32,000 nt of DNA from an uncultured Actinomycetota bacterium (GCA_963706725.1 OY970167.1:1269965-1301964); one strand, 5' to 3'; positions 7,466-16,750 are shown, numbered from the stretch's first letter. Notes: generated by a model not told the origin, from the letters alone. Translations and numbers: made by a program.

Positions 7466-8635
7466 TTAGTGGCGCCGGGGAAGGCGGACGGTGATTTCAA
7501 GGCCTCCGGTGGTGACGGCGGTGGCGTGCACAGTTCCGTTGTGGACGGTGGCGATCGATGAGACCAGGGCGAGGCCGAGGCCGAAACCACGGTGGCGGGT
7601 GCGGTCATCCAGTCGGGTGAACGGCAGAAGCAGGCGCTCGACCTGATCGGGTGGGATGACCTGACCGGTGTTACTGATTCGGACCAGAGACGCTCCGTTG
7701 TCGGTGGAGGTCGAGACTTCCACGGTGCCTCCCGCGACGTTGTAGAGCTCAGCGTTGTCCAGCAGGTTCGCCACCAGCCGTTCGAGCAGCACGCCGTCGC
7801 CGGTTACGGGAGCTTCGTCGAGTGTGACGGTGCGGGTGATGCCGTTGGCCGTGCGTCCGTCGAGCGCATCCTCCACGACGGCCGCCAGATCGAGCGGCTC
7901 GCGGAACTCGCGCGCCTGCTCGCCACGCGCGAGGATCAGCAGCACCTCGATCAGGCGTTCGGAGTGATTGACGGCCTGGCGGACCTCACCGGCCATCGAC
8001 AACAGCTCCTCGAGAGTTGGCTGCGGTTTGCCCAGCACCACGTCAATCGCGGTTCGCATCACGGTCAAGGGCGTGCGCAGCTCGTGGCTTGCGTTGGCGA
8101 TGAACTGCCGCTGGCTAGCGAACGCGCGATCCAGCCGCGCCAGCATGTTGTCGAAGGTGTCGGCGAGCTCACGCAGCTCATCGCGTGGGCCCTGCAGACC
8201 GATGCGCTGCGAGAGGTCCTGCTCACTGGCAGCGCGAGCGGCCGCTGTCAGCCGCTGCACCGGCCGTAGGATCCGTCCTGCTAGCCCCCAGCCGGCGACG
8301 GCGGCCAGCAGCGTCATGCCTGCCAGGCCGAACAGTGAGTAGCTCAGCAGGTGGTTGGCGGTGGTGTTGCGCTGCGCGGCCACGCCGGTCCGGACACCGA
8401 TGACATACAGCGCCGCGCACTTCTGCATTGACCCGGGGCTGCCGTGGCGGTGCACCGCTGTGATGCAACCTGCGATCGCGCGTCTGGTAGCACGCGGGAT
8501 CGCGGTGGTTGCAGACGGATGCAGGCTGTGCACGACCAGCACATAGGTGATCGCCACCAGCGCTGCGCCGCCCAGCGCGAACAGCGACATGTAGAGCAGC
8601 GTCAGCCGCGAGCGGGCGCTGAGGTCGATCCTCAT
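7466..8635 (-). CDS. Sensor histidine kinase (two TM segments, HAMP, HisKA, HATPase_c)
   Basis: It has the H-box FIANASHELRTPLTVM, the N-box LVANLLDNAELYN, and G-boxes ISNTGQVIP and GFGLGLALV. Two N-terminal TM segments flank a short loop containing two Cys residues. Its start overlaps the response-regulator stop by 4 nt. Confidence 0.92.
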   Translation of the reverse strand: MRIDLSARSRLTLLYMSLFALGGAALVAITYVLVVHSLHPSATTAIPRATRRAIAGCITAVHRHGSPGSMQKCAALYVIGVRTGVAAQRNTTANHLLSYSLFGLAGMTLLAAVAGWGLAGRILRPVQRLTAAARAASEQDLSQRIGLQGPRDELRELADTFDNMLARLDRAFASQRQFIANASHELRTPLTVMRTAIDVVLGKPQPTLEELLSMAGEVRQAVNHSERLIEVLLILARGEQAREFREPLDLAAVVEDALDGRTANGITRTVTLDEAPVTGDGVLLERLVANLLDNAELYNVAGGTVEVSTSTDNGASLVRISNTGQVIPPDQVERLLLPFTRLDDRTRHRGFGLGLALVSSIATVHNGTVHATAVTTGGLEITVRLPRRH

Positions 8636-9282
8636 AGCCGGTAGCCGACGCCGATGATCGTCTCGATCAGCGGCGGGTCGCCGAGTTTGCGTCGCAGCCG
8701 GGCGACGGTCACGGCGACCGTGTTGCTGAATGGGTCAGCGTGGGCGTCCCAGACGTGCTCAAGCAGGTGCTCAGCGCTGAGCGCAGCGCCGTCCGCGTCG
8801 GCCAGGCACTCCAGCACCCCGAACTCTTTGCGCGTTAGCGTCAGGGGTATCCCGGCCCGGCTGGCGCGGTGGCGCGCGCGATCGACGATCAGGTCACCGC
8901 GAGTCACCACGGCGGGTGAGCCCGGCCCTCGGCGCCCCAGCGCACGGATCCGCGCGACCAGCTCGTTGAACGCGAACGGCTTGCAGAGGTAGTCGTCCGC
9001 TCCGAGCTCCAGCCCGTCGACCCGGTCCTCGACATCATCGGCCGCCGTCAGCATCAGGATCCTGCTGAGCGAGTCGTCGCGCACCAGCCGGCGGCAGACG
9101 CTGTCACCGTGCACGTTCGGTAGGTCGCGGTCCAGCACCACCACGTCGTAACCGGTGCTGGTCGTCTGCTGCAGGGCGGCCGCGCCGTCGTATACGACAT
9201 CCACGGCAAAGCCCGCGTCGCGCAGCCCCTCGCCGATGCGCTCTGCCAGCGCGACGTGATCCTCCACGACCAACACTCGCAT
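8632..9282 (-). CDS. OmpR/PhoB-family response regulator
   Basis: The receiver domain reads MRVLVVEDHVALAERIGEGLRDAGFAVDVVYDG...DVVVLDRDLP...LMLTA...KPF. The winged-helix C-terminus reads LTRKEFGVLECL...TVAVTVARLRRKL...IETIIGVGYRL. The start was chosen at the ATG at 9282 (MRVLVVED) rather than the longer ORF start at 9420. Confidence 0.92.
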   Translation of the reverse strand: MRVLVVEDHVALAERIGEGLRDAGFAVDVVYDGAAALQQTTSTGYDVVVLDRDLPNVHGDSVCRRLVRDDSLSRILMLTAADDVEDRVDGLELGADDYLCKPFAFNELVARIRALGRRGPGSPAVVTRGDLIVDRARHRASRAGIPLTLTRKEFGVLECLADADGAALSAEHLLEHVWDAHADPFSNTVAVTVARLRRKLGDPPLIETIIGVGYRL

Positions 9283-9370
9283 GCGCACATCATGCACCCA
9301 CCCGGATGACATCCGTGTAACAGGCGCTGTACGAGGGGTGTCATGGGCAGACTGATAGACCAACGGGCCT

Positions 9371-9943
9371 GTGAAGACACAGCACCCGATCACCAGAACC
9401 GCGGCAGTAGCGATGGCCACCTCAGCCCTGGGGGTGCTGGTGGCAGCCTGTGGCGGCAGCCCCTCGTCCAGCCGCGCACAAACCTCAACGCCCGGAAAGG
9501 GCTCGACGCGCGTGCCGAGGGGGCTTGCCTACTCCCGCTGCATGCGCTCCCACGGCGTAACGAACTTCCCCGACCCGAGCCCCGCCGGGGGCTACTCCTT
9601 CAGTGGCTCCACCAGCTCACCTGCGTTCAAGTCAGCACAAAGAGCGTGCGCGAACCTGGTACCGGTGAAGACCATCCCCAACTCGGCAAGCGCCACCCCG
9701 CAGCAGCAGGCGCGGTATAACGCGCAGCTGATCAGATGGGCGAAGTGCATGCGTCACAGCGGGTACCCGCAGCTCCCTGATCCGACCCCCGGCAGCCCCC
9801 AACCGGGCAAGGTCCGCGGGACAGCTTGGGGAGGCGGGCCGGGCTGGTGGATCGACATCCCGCCCTCAATCAACGCGTACTCGTCGGCCTTCAGCAACAC
9901 CGCGCAGACCTGCGACACGCGGACCCACCAAACGTACCGCTAG
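9371..9943 (+). CDS. Secreted lipoprotein with a duplicated CMRxxG-PDP cysteine motif
   Basis: It has a signal peptide with the lipobox LVAAC (MKTQHPITRTAAVAMATSALGVLVAACGG). Two repeats are present: RCMRSHGVTNFPDPSP and KCMRHSGYPQLPDPTP. It is divergent from the two-component operon. Confidence 0.75.
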   Translation: MKTQHPITRTAAVAMATSALGVLVAACGGSPSSSRAQTSTPGKGSTRVPRGLAYSRCMRSHGVTNFPDPSPAGGYSFSGSTSSPAFKSAQRACANLVPVKTIPNSASATPQQQARYNAQLIRWAKCMRHSGYPQLPDPTPGSPQPGKVRGTAWGGGPGWWIDIPPSINAYSSAFSNTAQTCDTRTHQTYR

Positions 9944-9949
9944 ACCAAT

Positions 9950-10090
9950 GGTCTCGCGCACAACCCGAGCCGCTGTCTTGTGTGCCGCAACCGCCACAGC
10001 CCACACCTCCGCAGGCGAACCCCCAACGACCCGATGCGAACACCGATTGTGGTAATGCACCACGACCGACGCCGGCAGCGCAATGCACAC
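9950..10090 (-). pseudogene. Possible short remnant of the C-terminal end of an rve-integrase/transposase
   Basis: The minus-strand translation ALPASVVVHYHNRCSHRVVGGSPAEVWAV loosely resembles the conserved W..HYN..RPH.ALGG.TPAE tail of IS3/IS481 transposases. It is surrounded by frame-broken sequence with no other coding signal. Confidence 0.3.
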
Positions 10091-10122
10091 TTGTCAGCAC
10101 CTGATGGCCGCCATCGGCTACG

Positions 10123-10150
10123 GATCAAGAGGCTACCCATAGCCTTGATC
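10123..10150. repeat. Interrupted palindrome / stem-loop GATCAAG(AG)GCTA-CCCA-TAGC-CTTGATC
   Basis: Read directly from the sequence: 11 paired positions with a 2-nt bulge and no downstream T-run. It lies between the lipoprotein gene and the hydrogenase operon. Confidence 0.4.
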
Positions 10151-10375
10151 GGGAGACACAGATCAGCACGGCAGATGGCGCGGGAGCCTTGCCCGGCGAT
10201 CGCTGCTGCGCCACAGCCCGGCGCTGGGCTCCGCAACGACCGCCGGAGACCTCCCCCCAAACCAGGATGAGACACATCTCGGGTTAGACACACAATCGGG
10301 ATGTGGGGAAGCCCTGATTGCCGGGCTTGTCGGAGGCGTCAGACTTCGCGGACAGCGATCAGAGCGAGGGTCGAC

Positions 10376-11518
10376 ATGCAGCACCAGGAGTTGACGCCAA
10401 TGGTGATTGGGCCGGAGGCACTTGACCTGCTGATCGCAACGCTGCGGTCTGGCGGGTTCCGGGTGCTCGGCCCAACGCTGCGCGACGGTGCGATCGTCTA
10501 TGACGACATCCAGAGCGCGGCACAGTTGCCAGCCGGCTGGACTGACGAGCAGGACGGCGGCAGCTACCGGCTGGTGCGCCGCGACGATGACGCCCGCTTC
10601 GGCTACGCGGTCGGCCCCCACTCGTGGAAGCGATTCCTTTTCCGACCTGAGCTACGACTCTGGCAGGCGCGGCGATCCGGCTCGGGCGAAATGGTCGTCG
10701 AGGAGGAGTCCACCTCAGACCAGCGGATGGCCTTCATCGGGGTGCGCTCCTGTGAGCTGCACGCGATCCAGATCCAGGACCGTGTCTTCATGGGCGGGCA
10801 TCACGTGGACCGCGACTACGCGGCCCAGCGTGAGGGCGCATTCCTGGTCGCGGTCAACTGCATAACCCCCGGCGGGACCTGCTTCTGCACGTCGATGGGC
10901 ACAGGACCCAAGGTCGACGCCGGATATGACATTGCGCTGACGGAACTGCTCGTCGGAGATCACCGGTTCCTGGCCGAGGCCGGGACAGAGCGTGGCGCAT
11001 CCGTGCTGGCGGCACTTCCGGGACGACCCGCCAGCGACGCGGATCTGTCCTGCGCCGGAGCAGCAACCGACGCCGCCGCCGCACAGATGGGACGCACGAT
11101 GGAGGTCAGCGACATTCGTGACCTGCTGGCGCGCAACCTCGAGCATCCGCGCTGGGACGACGTTGCCGCCCGCTGCCTGAGCTGCGGAAACTGCACACAG
11201 GTTTGCCCCACTTGCTTCTGTTCCTCTGTCGAGGACAGCAGCGACCTCAGTGGCGGCACGGCGACGCGCACGCGCGTCTGGGACACCTGCTTCTCCGTCG
11301 AGTACTCCCATATCCACGGGGGCAGCATCCGCCCCTCGTCCCGTTCGCGCTACCGGCAGTGGATGACACACAAGCTGGGCACCTGGATCGACCAGTTCGG
11401 GACTTCGGGGTGTGTCGGCTGCGGACGTTGCATCACCTGGTGCCCGGTCGCGATCGACATCACGCAGGAAGTCAACGCGATCCGCGCGACGGAGGGTTCC
11501 AGTGCAACGATCGCTTGA
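10376..11518 (+). CDS. hyhB: [NiFe]-hydrogenase group-3b-type beta subunit (AsrA/HydB-like 4Fe-4S dicluster protein)
   Basis: It carries the Cys clusters [16 protein letters not shown] and [12 protein letters not shown], plus [15 protein letters not shown] lies 6 nt upstream of the ATG at 10376. It is the first gene of a hydrogenase cluster. Confidence 0.85.
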   Translation: MQHQELTPMVIGPEALDLLIATLRSGGFRVLGPTLRDGAIVYDDIQSAAQLPAGWTDEQDGGSYRLVRRDDDARFGYAVGPHSWKRFLFRPELRLWQARRSGSGEMVVEEESTSDQRMAFIGVRSCELHAIQIQDRVFMGGHHVDRDYAAQREGAFLVAVNCITPGGTCFCTSMGTGPKVDAGYDIALTELLVGDHRFLAEAGTERGASVLAALPGRPASDADLSCAGAATDAAAAQMGRTMEVSDIRDLLARNLEHPRWDDVAARCLSCGNCTQVCPTCFCSSVEDSSDLSGGTATRTRVWDTCFSVEYSHIHGGSIRPSSRSRYRQWMTHKLGTWIDQFGTSGCVGCGRCITWCPVAIDITQEVNAIRATEGSSATIA

Positions 11519-11972
11519 GACCTTGCTGGTCGACACCCCGCTGTTTGAGGGCCTCGACGCGGACACGCTCGCGCTGCTGGCAGGATGCGCCAGGAACGTC
11601 CACTTCGATCAGGATTCGACGGTGATCCGGCGGGGAGACCAGGCGGACGACTTCTACCTGATCCGTCACGGCAGCGTGACCCTTGAAACGTACGTGCCCG
11701 GTCGCGGGCCGGTCACGATCGAGACGCTCGAGAGCGGCGAGGTGCTCGGCTGGTCCTGGCTATTTCCGCCATACCGATGGCACCTGGATGCGCGGGCGCT
11801 GACCGCCGTGCGTGCGACCGCCTTCGACGGCGCATGCCTGCGCGGCAAATGTGAGCACGACCCAGCACTCGGCTATGCGCTGATGTCCCGCTTCGCACAG
11901 GTCCTGATCGAGCGCCTGCAGTGGACACGGCTCCGACTCCTCGACGTCTACGGTGACCATGAGCATCGCTGA
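11502..11972 (+). CDS. Stand-alone cyclic-nucleotide-binding-domain (CAP/Crp effector-domain-like) protein with no DNA-binding domain
   Basis: [49 protein letters not shown]...[25 protein letters not shown] has the cNMP-binding beta-roll pattern. The GTG at 11502 is preceded by GGAGGG at a 5-nt spacing and overlaps the hyhB stop by 17 nt. The protein is 156 aa. Confidence 0.8.
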   Translation: MQRSLETLLVDTPLFEGLDADTLALLAGCARNVHFDQDSTVIRRGDQADDFYLIRHGSVTLETYVPGRGPVTIETLESGEVLGWSWLFPPYRWHLDARALTAVRATAFDGACLRGKCEHDPALGYALMSRFAQVLIERLQWTRLRLLDVYGDHEHR

Positions 11973-12792
11973 GCAGCTCACCCCGGGCGTGATGGTGCCT
12001 CGAGCATTCAACCTCAGCGCCCGTCGGCAGGACACGGCCGACACGTTCACGCTGGCGCTCGAGCCGCAGGCCGGCGAGGCGCCGCCGATCGCCCCGGGTC
12101 AGTTCATGATGGTCTACGCGTTCGGGATCGGCGAGGTGCCGATCTCAGTGAGCGGGGCGTCAGCAACAGAGGTCGTGCTCACAGTCCGTGCGGTCGGCGC
12201 GGTGTCGAACGCGATCTGCCGTGCGCCGGTCGGCAGCATGCTCGGGATGCGCGGTCCGTTCGGAAATTCGTGGCCGATCGCAAGCGCCGCCGGCACTGAC
12301 GTGATCGTGGTGGCGGGCGGCATCGGTCTGGCCCCGCTGCGCATGCTGATCCGGCAGGTGATCGGCAACCGCGGCGACTTTTCAGCTTTCTGCCTTCTCT
12401 ATGGCGCGCGCACGCCGGGGGACCTGCTCTACATGAACGAGATCGCGGGCTGGCGTCAGGCTGCGGATGTGGCCGTCACGGTCGACGCCGCGGACGCCGA
12501 CTGGACGGGCCAGGTGGGTGTGGTTCCGAAGCTGGTCAGCGCTGCGCGCTTTGCCGGCAGGTCCGCCCACGCCTTCGTCTGCGGCCCCGAGATCATGATG
12601 GACTTCACGGCCCAGGCTCTGCTCAAACGTGGCGTTCCCCCGGAGCAGATCCACCTCTCGATGGAGCGCCACATGGACTGCGGGGTCGGGCTGTGCGGGC
12701 ACTGCCAGCTCGGTCCGACCCTGATCTGCCGTGACGGCGCCATCTATAGCCACGCCGAGATCGCATCGTTGATGCGGGTGCGTGAGCTGTGA
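11953..12792 (+). CDS. hyhG: Hydrogenase gamma subunit (AsrB/PyrK-like FAD/NAD(P)-binding protein with a C-terminal 2Fe-2S site)
   Basis: It has a ferredoxin-reductase-type fold pattern ([27 protein letters not shown]) and the motif [10 protein letters not shown]...CRDG. The start is GTG at 11953 or ATG at 11959. Confidence 0.85.
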   Translation: MTMSIAEQLTPGVMVPRAFNLSARRQDTADTFTLALEPQAGEAPPIAPGQFMMVYAFGIGEVPISVSGASATEVVLTVRAVGAVSNAICRAPVGSMLGMRGPFGNSWPIASAAGTDVIVVAGGIGLAPLRMLIRQVIGNRGDFSAFCLLYGARTPGDLLYMNEIAGWRQAADVAVTVDAADADWTGQVGVVPKLVSAARFAGRSAHAFVCGPEIMMDFTAQALLKRGVPPEQIHLSMERHMDCGVGLCGHCQLGPTLICRDGAIYSHAEIASLMRVREL

Positions 12793-13562
12793 GCCCGACA
12801 GACAAGCCGACGCTGGCGGTTTGGAAGTTCGCATCCTGCGACGGCTGCCAACTGAGCCTGCTCGACCTCGAGGACGAGCTGTTGACGCTCGCGGGCGCGG
12901 TCGAGATCGCGGAGTTCCACGAGGCCACGAGCCACAACGTCGCCGGCCCGTACGACCTGTCGCTGGTCGAGGGCTCCATCACCACCGAGCATGACCTGCG
13001 GCGCATCCAGGAGGTGCGCCGCAGGTCCCGAGCGCTGGTGACGATCGGCGCCTGCGCGACCTCCGGTGGCATCCAGGCACTGCGGAACTTCGGTGACGTG
13101 GCCGAGTTTGCAGCCGCGGTCTACGCATCGCCGCAGTACATCTCGACGCTGTCCACCTCCACCCCAATCGCCGCGCACGTCGATGTGGACTACGAACTGC
13201 ACGGTTGCCCGATCGACAAGCACCAGCTGTTTGAGGTCATCAGTGCTCTGCTCAACGGACGCCGGCCCGCGATCGCTTCCACCAGTGTCTGCACCGAGTG
13301 CAAGCGCCGCGGGATCGTGTGCGTCACCGTGGCGCACGGCACCCCCTGCCTCGGCCCGGTGACACACGCCGGCTGTGGTGCACTCTGCCCCGCTTACAAC
13401 CGCGGCTGCTTCGGCTGCTACGGCCCCATGGAAACGCCAAATACCGACGCGCTGCTGCCGCTGCTGCGCGCTCGAGGTCTCGACGACGACGGTGTGCGGC
13501 GGGTCTTCCAGACGTTCAACGCGGCCGCTGAGCCGTTCCGTAGAGCCGTGAGCGATGGGTGA
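12789..13562 (+). CDS. hyhS: [NiFe]-hydrogenase small (delta) subunit, NuoB-like
   Basis: It contains [22 protein letters not shown] and the C-terminal cluster [13 protein letters not shown]...[15 protein letters not shown]...GCFGCYGP. It has a GTGA overlap with the gamma subunit gene. Confidence 0.88.
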   Translation: MSPTDKPTLAVWKFASCDGCQLSLLDLEDELLTLAGAVEIAEFHEATSHNVAGPYDLSLVEGSITTEHDLRRIQEVRRRSRALVTIGACATSGGIQALRNFGDVAEFAAAVYASPQYISTLSTSTPIAAHVDVDYELHGCPIDKHQLFEVISALLNGRRPAIASTSVCTECKRRGIVCVTVAHGTPCLGPVTHAGCGALCPAYNRGCFGCYGPMETPNTDALLPLLRARGLDDDGVRRVFQTFNAAAEPFRRAVSDG

Positions 13563-14847
13563 ACGGCGCACAATCCGGACGGACTACCTGGCGCGCGTCG
13601 AGGGTGAGGGCTCGTTCACCGTCCAGATCGAGCACGGGCGCGTCGAGCACGCGGAACTGCGGATCTTCGAGCCGCCACGGTTCTTCGAGGCGCTGCTGCG
13701 CGGACGCCTGTTCACGGAGGCGCCCGACATCACCGCCCGCATCTGCGGGATCTGCCCGGTGGCCTATCAGACGAGCTCGATGAACGCCATGGAGAACCTC
13801 TGTGACGTCGAGGTACCGGAGCCGGTTCGCATGCTGCGACGGATGCTCTACTGCGGCGAGTGGATCGAGAGCCACGCGCTTCATGTGTACATGCTGCACG
13901 CGCCTGACTTTCTCGGCTACGCGGGCGCGGTCGAACTGGCGCGCGACGCCCCGCAGATCGTGGAGCGCGGGCTGCGGCTGAAGAAGGCCGGCAACGAGTT
14001 GATGCGGCTCATCGGCGGTCGCGAGATCCACCCGATCAACGTCCGGGTCGGCGGCTTCTACCGGGCACCGTCCAGACGAGAGCTGTCGACGTTGGTGGAG
14101 CCGCTGCGTCGCGCGCGCGATGAGGCCGTCGAGACCGTTCGTTGGACCGCCGGATTCGACTTTCCAGAGCGCGAGGTCGAGTGCGAACTGGTCGCGCTCT
14201 CCCATCCGGAGGACTACGCGATCGAGCGCGGCCGGATCCGGTCAGACCGCGGCCTCGACATCACCGTCCCGGAGTACACCGAGCATTTCGAGGAGGAGCA
14301 CGTCGAGCGTTCGACAGCGCTGCACTCGCATCTGCGGGAGCGCGGAACCTACCTGTGCGGCCCACTGGCGCGGTACTCGTTGAACCACGCGCAGCTCTCG
14401 CCACTTGCGCTCGAGCTCGCGCGTGAGGCCGGGCTCGGTGAGACCTGTCGCAATCCGTTCCGGAGCATCGTCGTGCGCAGCGTCGAGCTCGTCTACGCAT
14501 GTGACGAGGCTCTGAGGCTGATCGACGCCTACGAGGAGCCGGGATTCTCGGGGGTCGATGTCTCACCGCGGGCCGGGAGTGGGCATGGCGCCAGCGAAGC
14601 TCCGCGCGGGATGCTCTACCACCGCTACAGGATCGACTCCACCGGCACGATCCTCGAAGCGCAGATCGTGCCGCCAACCTCGCAAAACCAGCAGGCGATC
14701 GAGGATGACCTGAAGGACGTGGTCCAGCGCAACCTCGAGCTCGAGGACGAACGTCTGCGATCGCTGTGCGAGCAGACCATCCGAAACTACGACCCATGCA
14801 TCTCCTGCGCCACGCATTTCCTCCGACTGGAGGTCAGCGGCCGATGA
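13555..14847 (+). CDS. hyhL: [NiFe]-hydrogenase large (alpha) catalytic subunit
   Basis: The N-terminal Ni-binding motif is [10 protein letters not shown] (the canonical form is RxCGxCxxxH). The C-terminal motif is DPCISCATH, followed by the 9-aa extension FLRLEVSGR, as expected for an endopeptidase-processed precursor. Confidence 0.9.
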   Translation: MGERRTIRTDYLARVEGEGSFTVQIEHGRVEHAELRIFEPPRFFEALLRGRLFTEAPDITARICGICPVAYQTSSMNAMENLCDVEVPEPVRMLRRMLYCGEWIESHALHVYMLHAPDFLGYAGAVELARDAPQIVERGLRLKKAGNELMRLIGGREIHPINVRVGGFYRAPSRRELSTLVEPLRRARDEAVETVRWTAGFDFPEREVECELVALSHPEDYAIERGRIRSDRGLDITVPEYTEHFEEEHVERSTALHSHLRERGTYLCGPLARYSLNHAQLSPLALELAREAGLGETCRNPFRSIVVRSVELVYACDEALRLIDAYEEPGFSGVDVSPRAGSGHGASEAPRGMLYHRYRIDSTGTILEAQIVPPTSQNQQAIEDDLKDVVQRNLELEDERLRSLCEQTIRNYDPCISCATHFLRLEVSGR

Positions 14848-15344
14848 CTGATCCGCGGCACGTCGTGGTCTGCGTTGGAAACCGCTTTCGACGCGACGAC
14901 AGCGTCGGGTTGCACGTCGCAGACGGACTCCGGGAGTTGGTGCCCGAGGGAGTCGAGGTTCTCACCCTGGAGGGCGAACCGACCACGTTGCTGGACATCT
15001 TCGCCGGCTCAGAGCTCGCGATCCTGGTGGACGCCGTAGCAGCCGCCGCCGCGCCCGGAGTGATCCACCGGTTCGATGCGACCGTCGAACCCGTGCCCGG
15101 GAGCGTGTTCGGCACCTCGTCGCATGCCTTCGGCCTCGGCGAGACAATCGAGCTGGCCAGGACCCTCGGGAGGCTTCACGGCCGTGTTCTCGTCTACGGC
15201 ATCACCGGCGAGGACTTCGACGCCGGAGAGGGGCTGAGCCCGAGCGTCGCAAAAGCGGCTGATGCCGTCGCCGCCCGGATTCTCGATGACCTTGCAGTGT
15301 CAGTCCAGCAAGCTGCCCGAGCGAAAGGAGCGGACCGTGCATGA
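14844..15344 (+). CDS. Hydrogenase maturation endopeptidase (HycI/HoxW family)
   Basis: The sequence reads [23 protein letters not shown]...LAILVDAV...[14 protein letters not shown]. The GNxxxxDDxxG, D and H metal-ligand pattern is typical of this family. It has an ATGA overlap with the large-subunit stop. Confidence 0.85.
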   Translation: MTDPRHVVVCVGNRFRRDDSVGLHVADGLRELVPEGVEVLTLEGEPTTLLDIFAGSELAILVDAVAAAAAPGVIHRFDATVEPVPGSVFGTSSHAFGLGETIELARTLGRLHGRVLVYGITGEDFDAGEGLSPSVAKAADAVAARILDDLAVSVQQAARAKGADRA

Positions 15345-15618
15345 GCACGCACTGATGGCCGATGTGACCCGAAAACTGGAGCAGACCGCGGCGGAGGCGG
15401 GCGCGAACCGAGTGACCCGGGTCGTCGTGCACCTCGGCGCCCTCTCCCACTTCACTCCGGAGCACTTCGAGGAGCACTTCGTGGAGGCCACGCGCGGCAC
15501 CGTCGCCGAAGGGGCCGAGGTTGTCGCGACGCTCGATACCGACATCACCTCCTCGGAGGCCGCTGATGTCATGGTGGAGAGCGTCGAACTCGAGGTTCCA
15601 GATCGGAAGGCAAGTTGA
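15337..15618 (+). CDS. hypA: HypA-like nickel metallochaperone lacking the CxxC...CxxC zinc domain (93 aa)
   Basis: A GTG start gives the N-terminus [62 protein letters not shown], matching the HypA MHE...IG.LS...PE.L.F.F pattern. AAGGAG lies 7 nt upstream. The whole protein contains no cysteine. Confidence 0.7.
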   Translation: MHEHALMADVTRKLEQTAAEAGANRVTRVVVHLGALSHFTPEHFEEHFVEATRGTVAEGAEVVATLDTDITSSEAADVMVESVELEVPDRKAS

Positions 15619-15851
15619 TGTGTCTCGGATCGATCGCACGGATAGTCGCCATTCGCAACGATGCCGGCGTGGCTGTCGGGCGGCTGGAGGATGGGTGTGA
15701 GGTTCCACTGTCGTTCGTTCCGCAGGCGCGCGTTGGAGATCGGCTGTTGCTGCATCTGGGCATCCCAGTCGAGGTCCTCGACCCCGACGCGGCTGAGGAG
15801 GCGTTGGCCCTGCGTGGAGCGAGCACAGAGCCGGGAGGCGATCAACGGTGA
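15618..15851 (+). CDS. hypC: HypC/HupF-family hydrogenase assembly chaperone
   Basis: It begins MCLGSIARIVAI, with the essential N-terminal Cys, and contains VGDRLLLHLGIPVEVLDPDAAEEA (HypC GDxVLVHxG pattern). The start was taken at the ATG at 15618, not the TTG at 15615. It is 77 aa. Confidence 0.8.
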   Translation: MCLGSIARIVAIRNDAGVAVGRLEDGCEVPLSFVPQARVGDRLLLHLGIPVEVLDPDAAEEALALRGASTEPGGDQR

Positions 15852-16750
15852 GCATCCGTAAGACAGGTATCGCGTTGGCGTTTGTCAGCGCCGTCATCAG
15901 CGGCGTGTCGATCTACGTCAACGGGTTGGGCGTCAAGCACTTTCCCGACGCGAGCGTCTACACAACCGCCAAGAATGGCGTCGCTGGGCTGCTCCTGCTC
16001 GTCGCACTCGTTGCCGTGCCCTCACGGCGCCCCCTTCCAAGGCCGAGACGACGGGCGGCTCTGCCGCTGCTCGCTGTGGCGGTCATCGGGGGTAGCGTGC
16101 CGTTCATCCTCTTCTTCGAGGGTCTCGCCCGGGCGCAATCGACGCAGGCCGCGTTCATCCAGAAGACGCTGGTGATCTGGGTGGCGATCCTGGCGGTCCC
16201 CCTGTTGAAGGAGCGCCTCCGCTGGCCGCACGCGCTGGCGATCGCGCTGCTGCTCGGTGGAGAGGCATGGCTTGCCGGTAAGGCCGGCCATATCGCGTTC
16301 GGCAGCGGCGAGGCGATGATCCTCGCGGCCACCCTGATGTGGGCCGTGGAGATCGTCTACGTCAAACGACTGATGGACAGCTTCGATCCGCGGCTGCTCG
16401 CCACCGCCAGGATGGCGCTCGGCGCGGTACTGCTGATCGCCTGGGTGCTGATCACGGGCAAGGCCGGTCAGCTGCTTGCGCTCAGCGGCGTGGAGTGGCG
16501 CTGGGTGCTGCTCACGGGCGTGCTCCTGGCCGGCTACGTGGGCACATGGTATGCGGCGCTGGCGTGTGCTCCCGCGGTAGACGTGACCGCAGTGCTCGTA
16601 TTCGGCGCAGTCATCACCGCGCTGCTGTCAGGCGCGTCCGGGTCGGCGTCGGTCAACGCCCCAGCCCTGCTGTTGGTGATCGCGGGTTGCGGGATCATCG
16701 CCTGGTCGCCACTGCGCGGCACTGATGCCCGATCTGCGAGCCCATCATGA
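15848..16750 (+). CDS. EamA/DMT-superfamily transporter (10 predicted TM segments)
   Basis: It has two repeated five-TM halves, highly hydrophobic, with typical EamA features (GGSVPFILFFEGLARA; ILAATLMWAVEIVYVKRL). It has GTGA and ATGA overlaps with the genes on either side. Confidence 0.75.
   Translation: MSIRKTGIALAFVSAVISGVSIYVNGLGVKHFPDASVYTTAKNGVAGLLLLVALVAVPSRRPLPRPRRRAALPLLAVAVIGGSVPFILFFEGLARAQSTQAAFIQKTLVIWVAILAVPLLKERLRWPHALAIALLLGGEAWLAGKAGHIAFGSGEAMILAATLMWAVEIVYVKRLMDSFDPRLLATARMALGAVLLIAWVLITGKAGQLLALSGVEWRWVLLTGVLLAGYVGTWYAALACAPAVDVTAVLVFGAVITALLSGASGSASVNAPALLLVIAGCGIIAWSPLRGTDARSASPS

Noticed and set aside
9283-9420. The extended 262-aa version of the response regulator starting at 9420.
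   Set aside because: The extra 46 residues have no receiver-domain similarity. The canonical MRVLVVED start at 9282 gives a standard ~216-aa OmpR-type protein.
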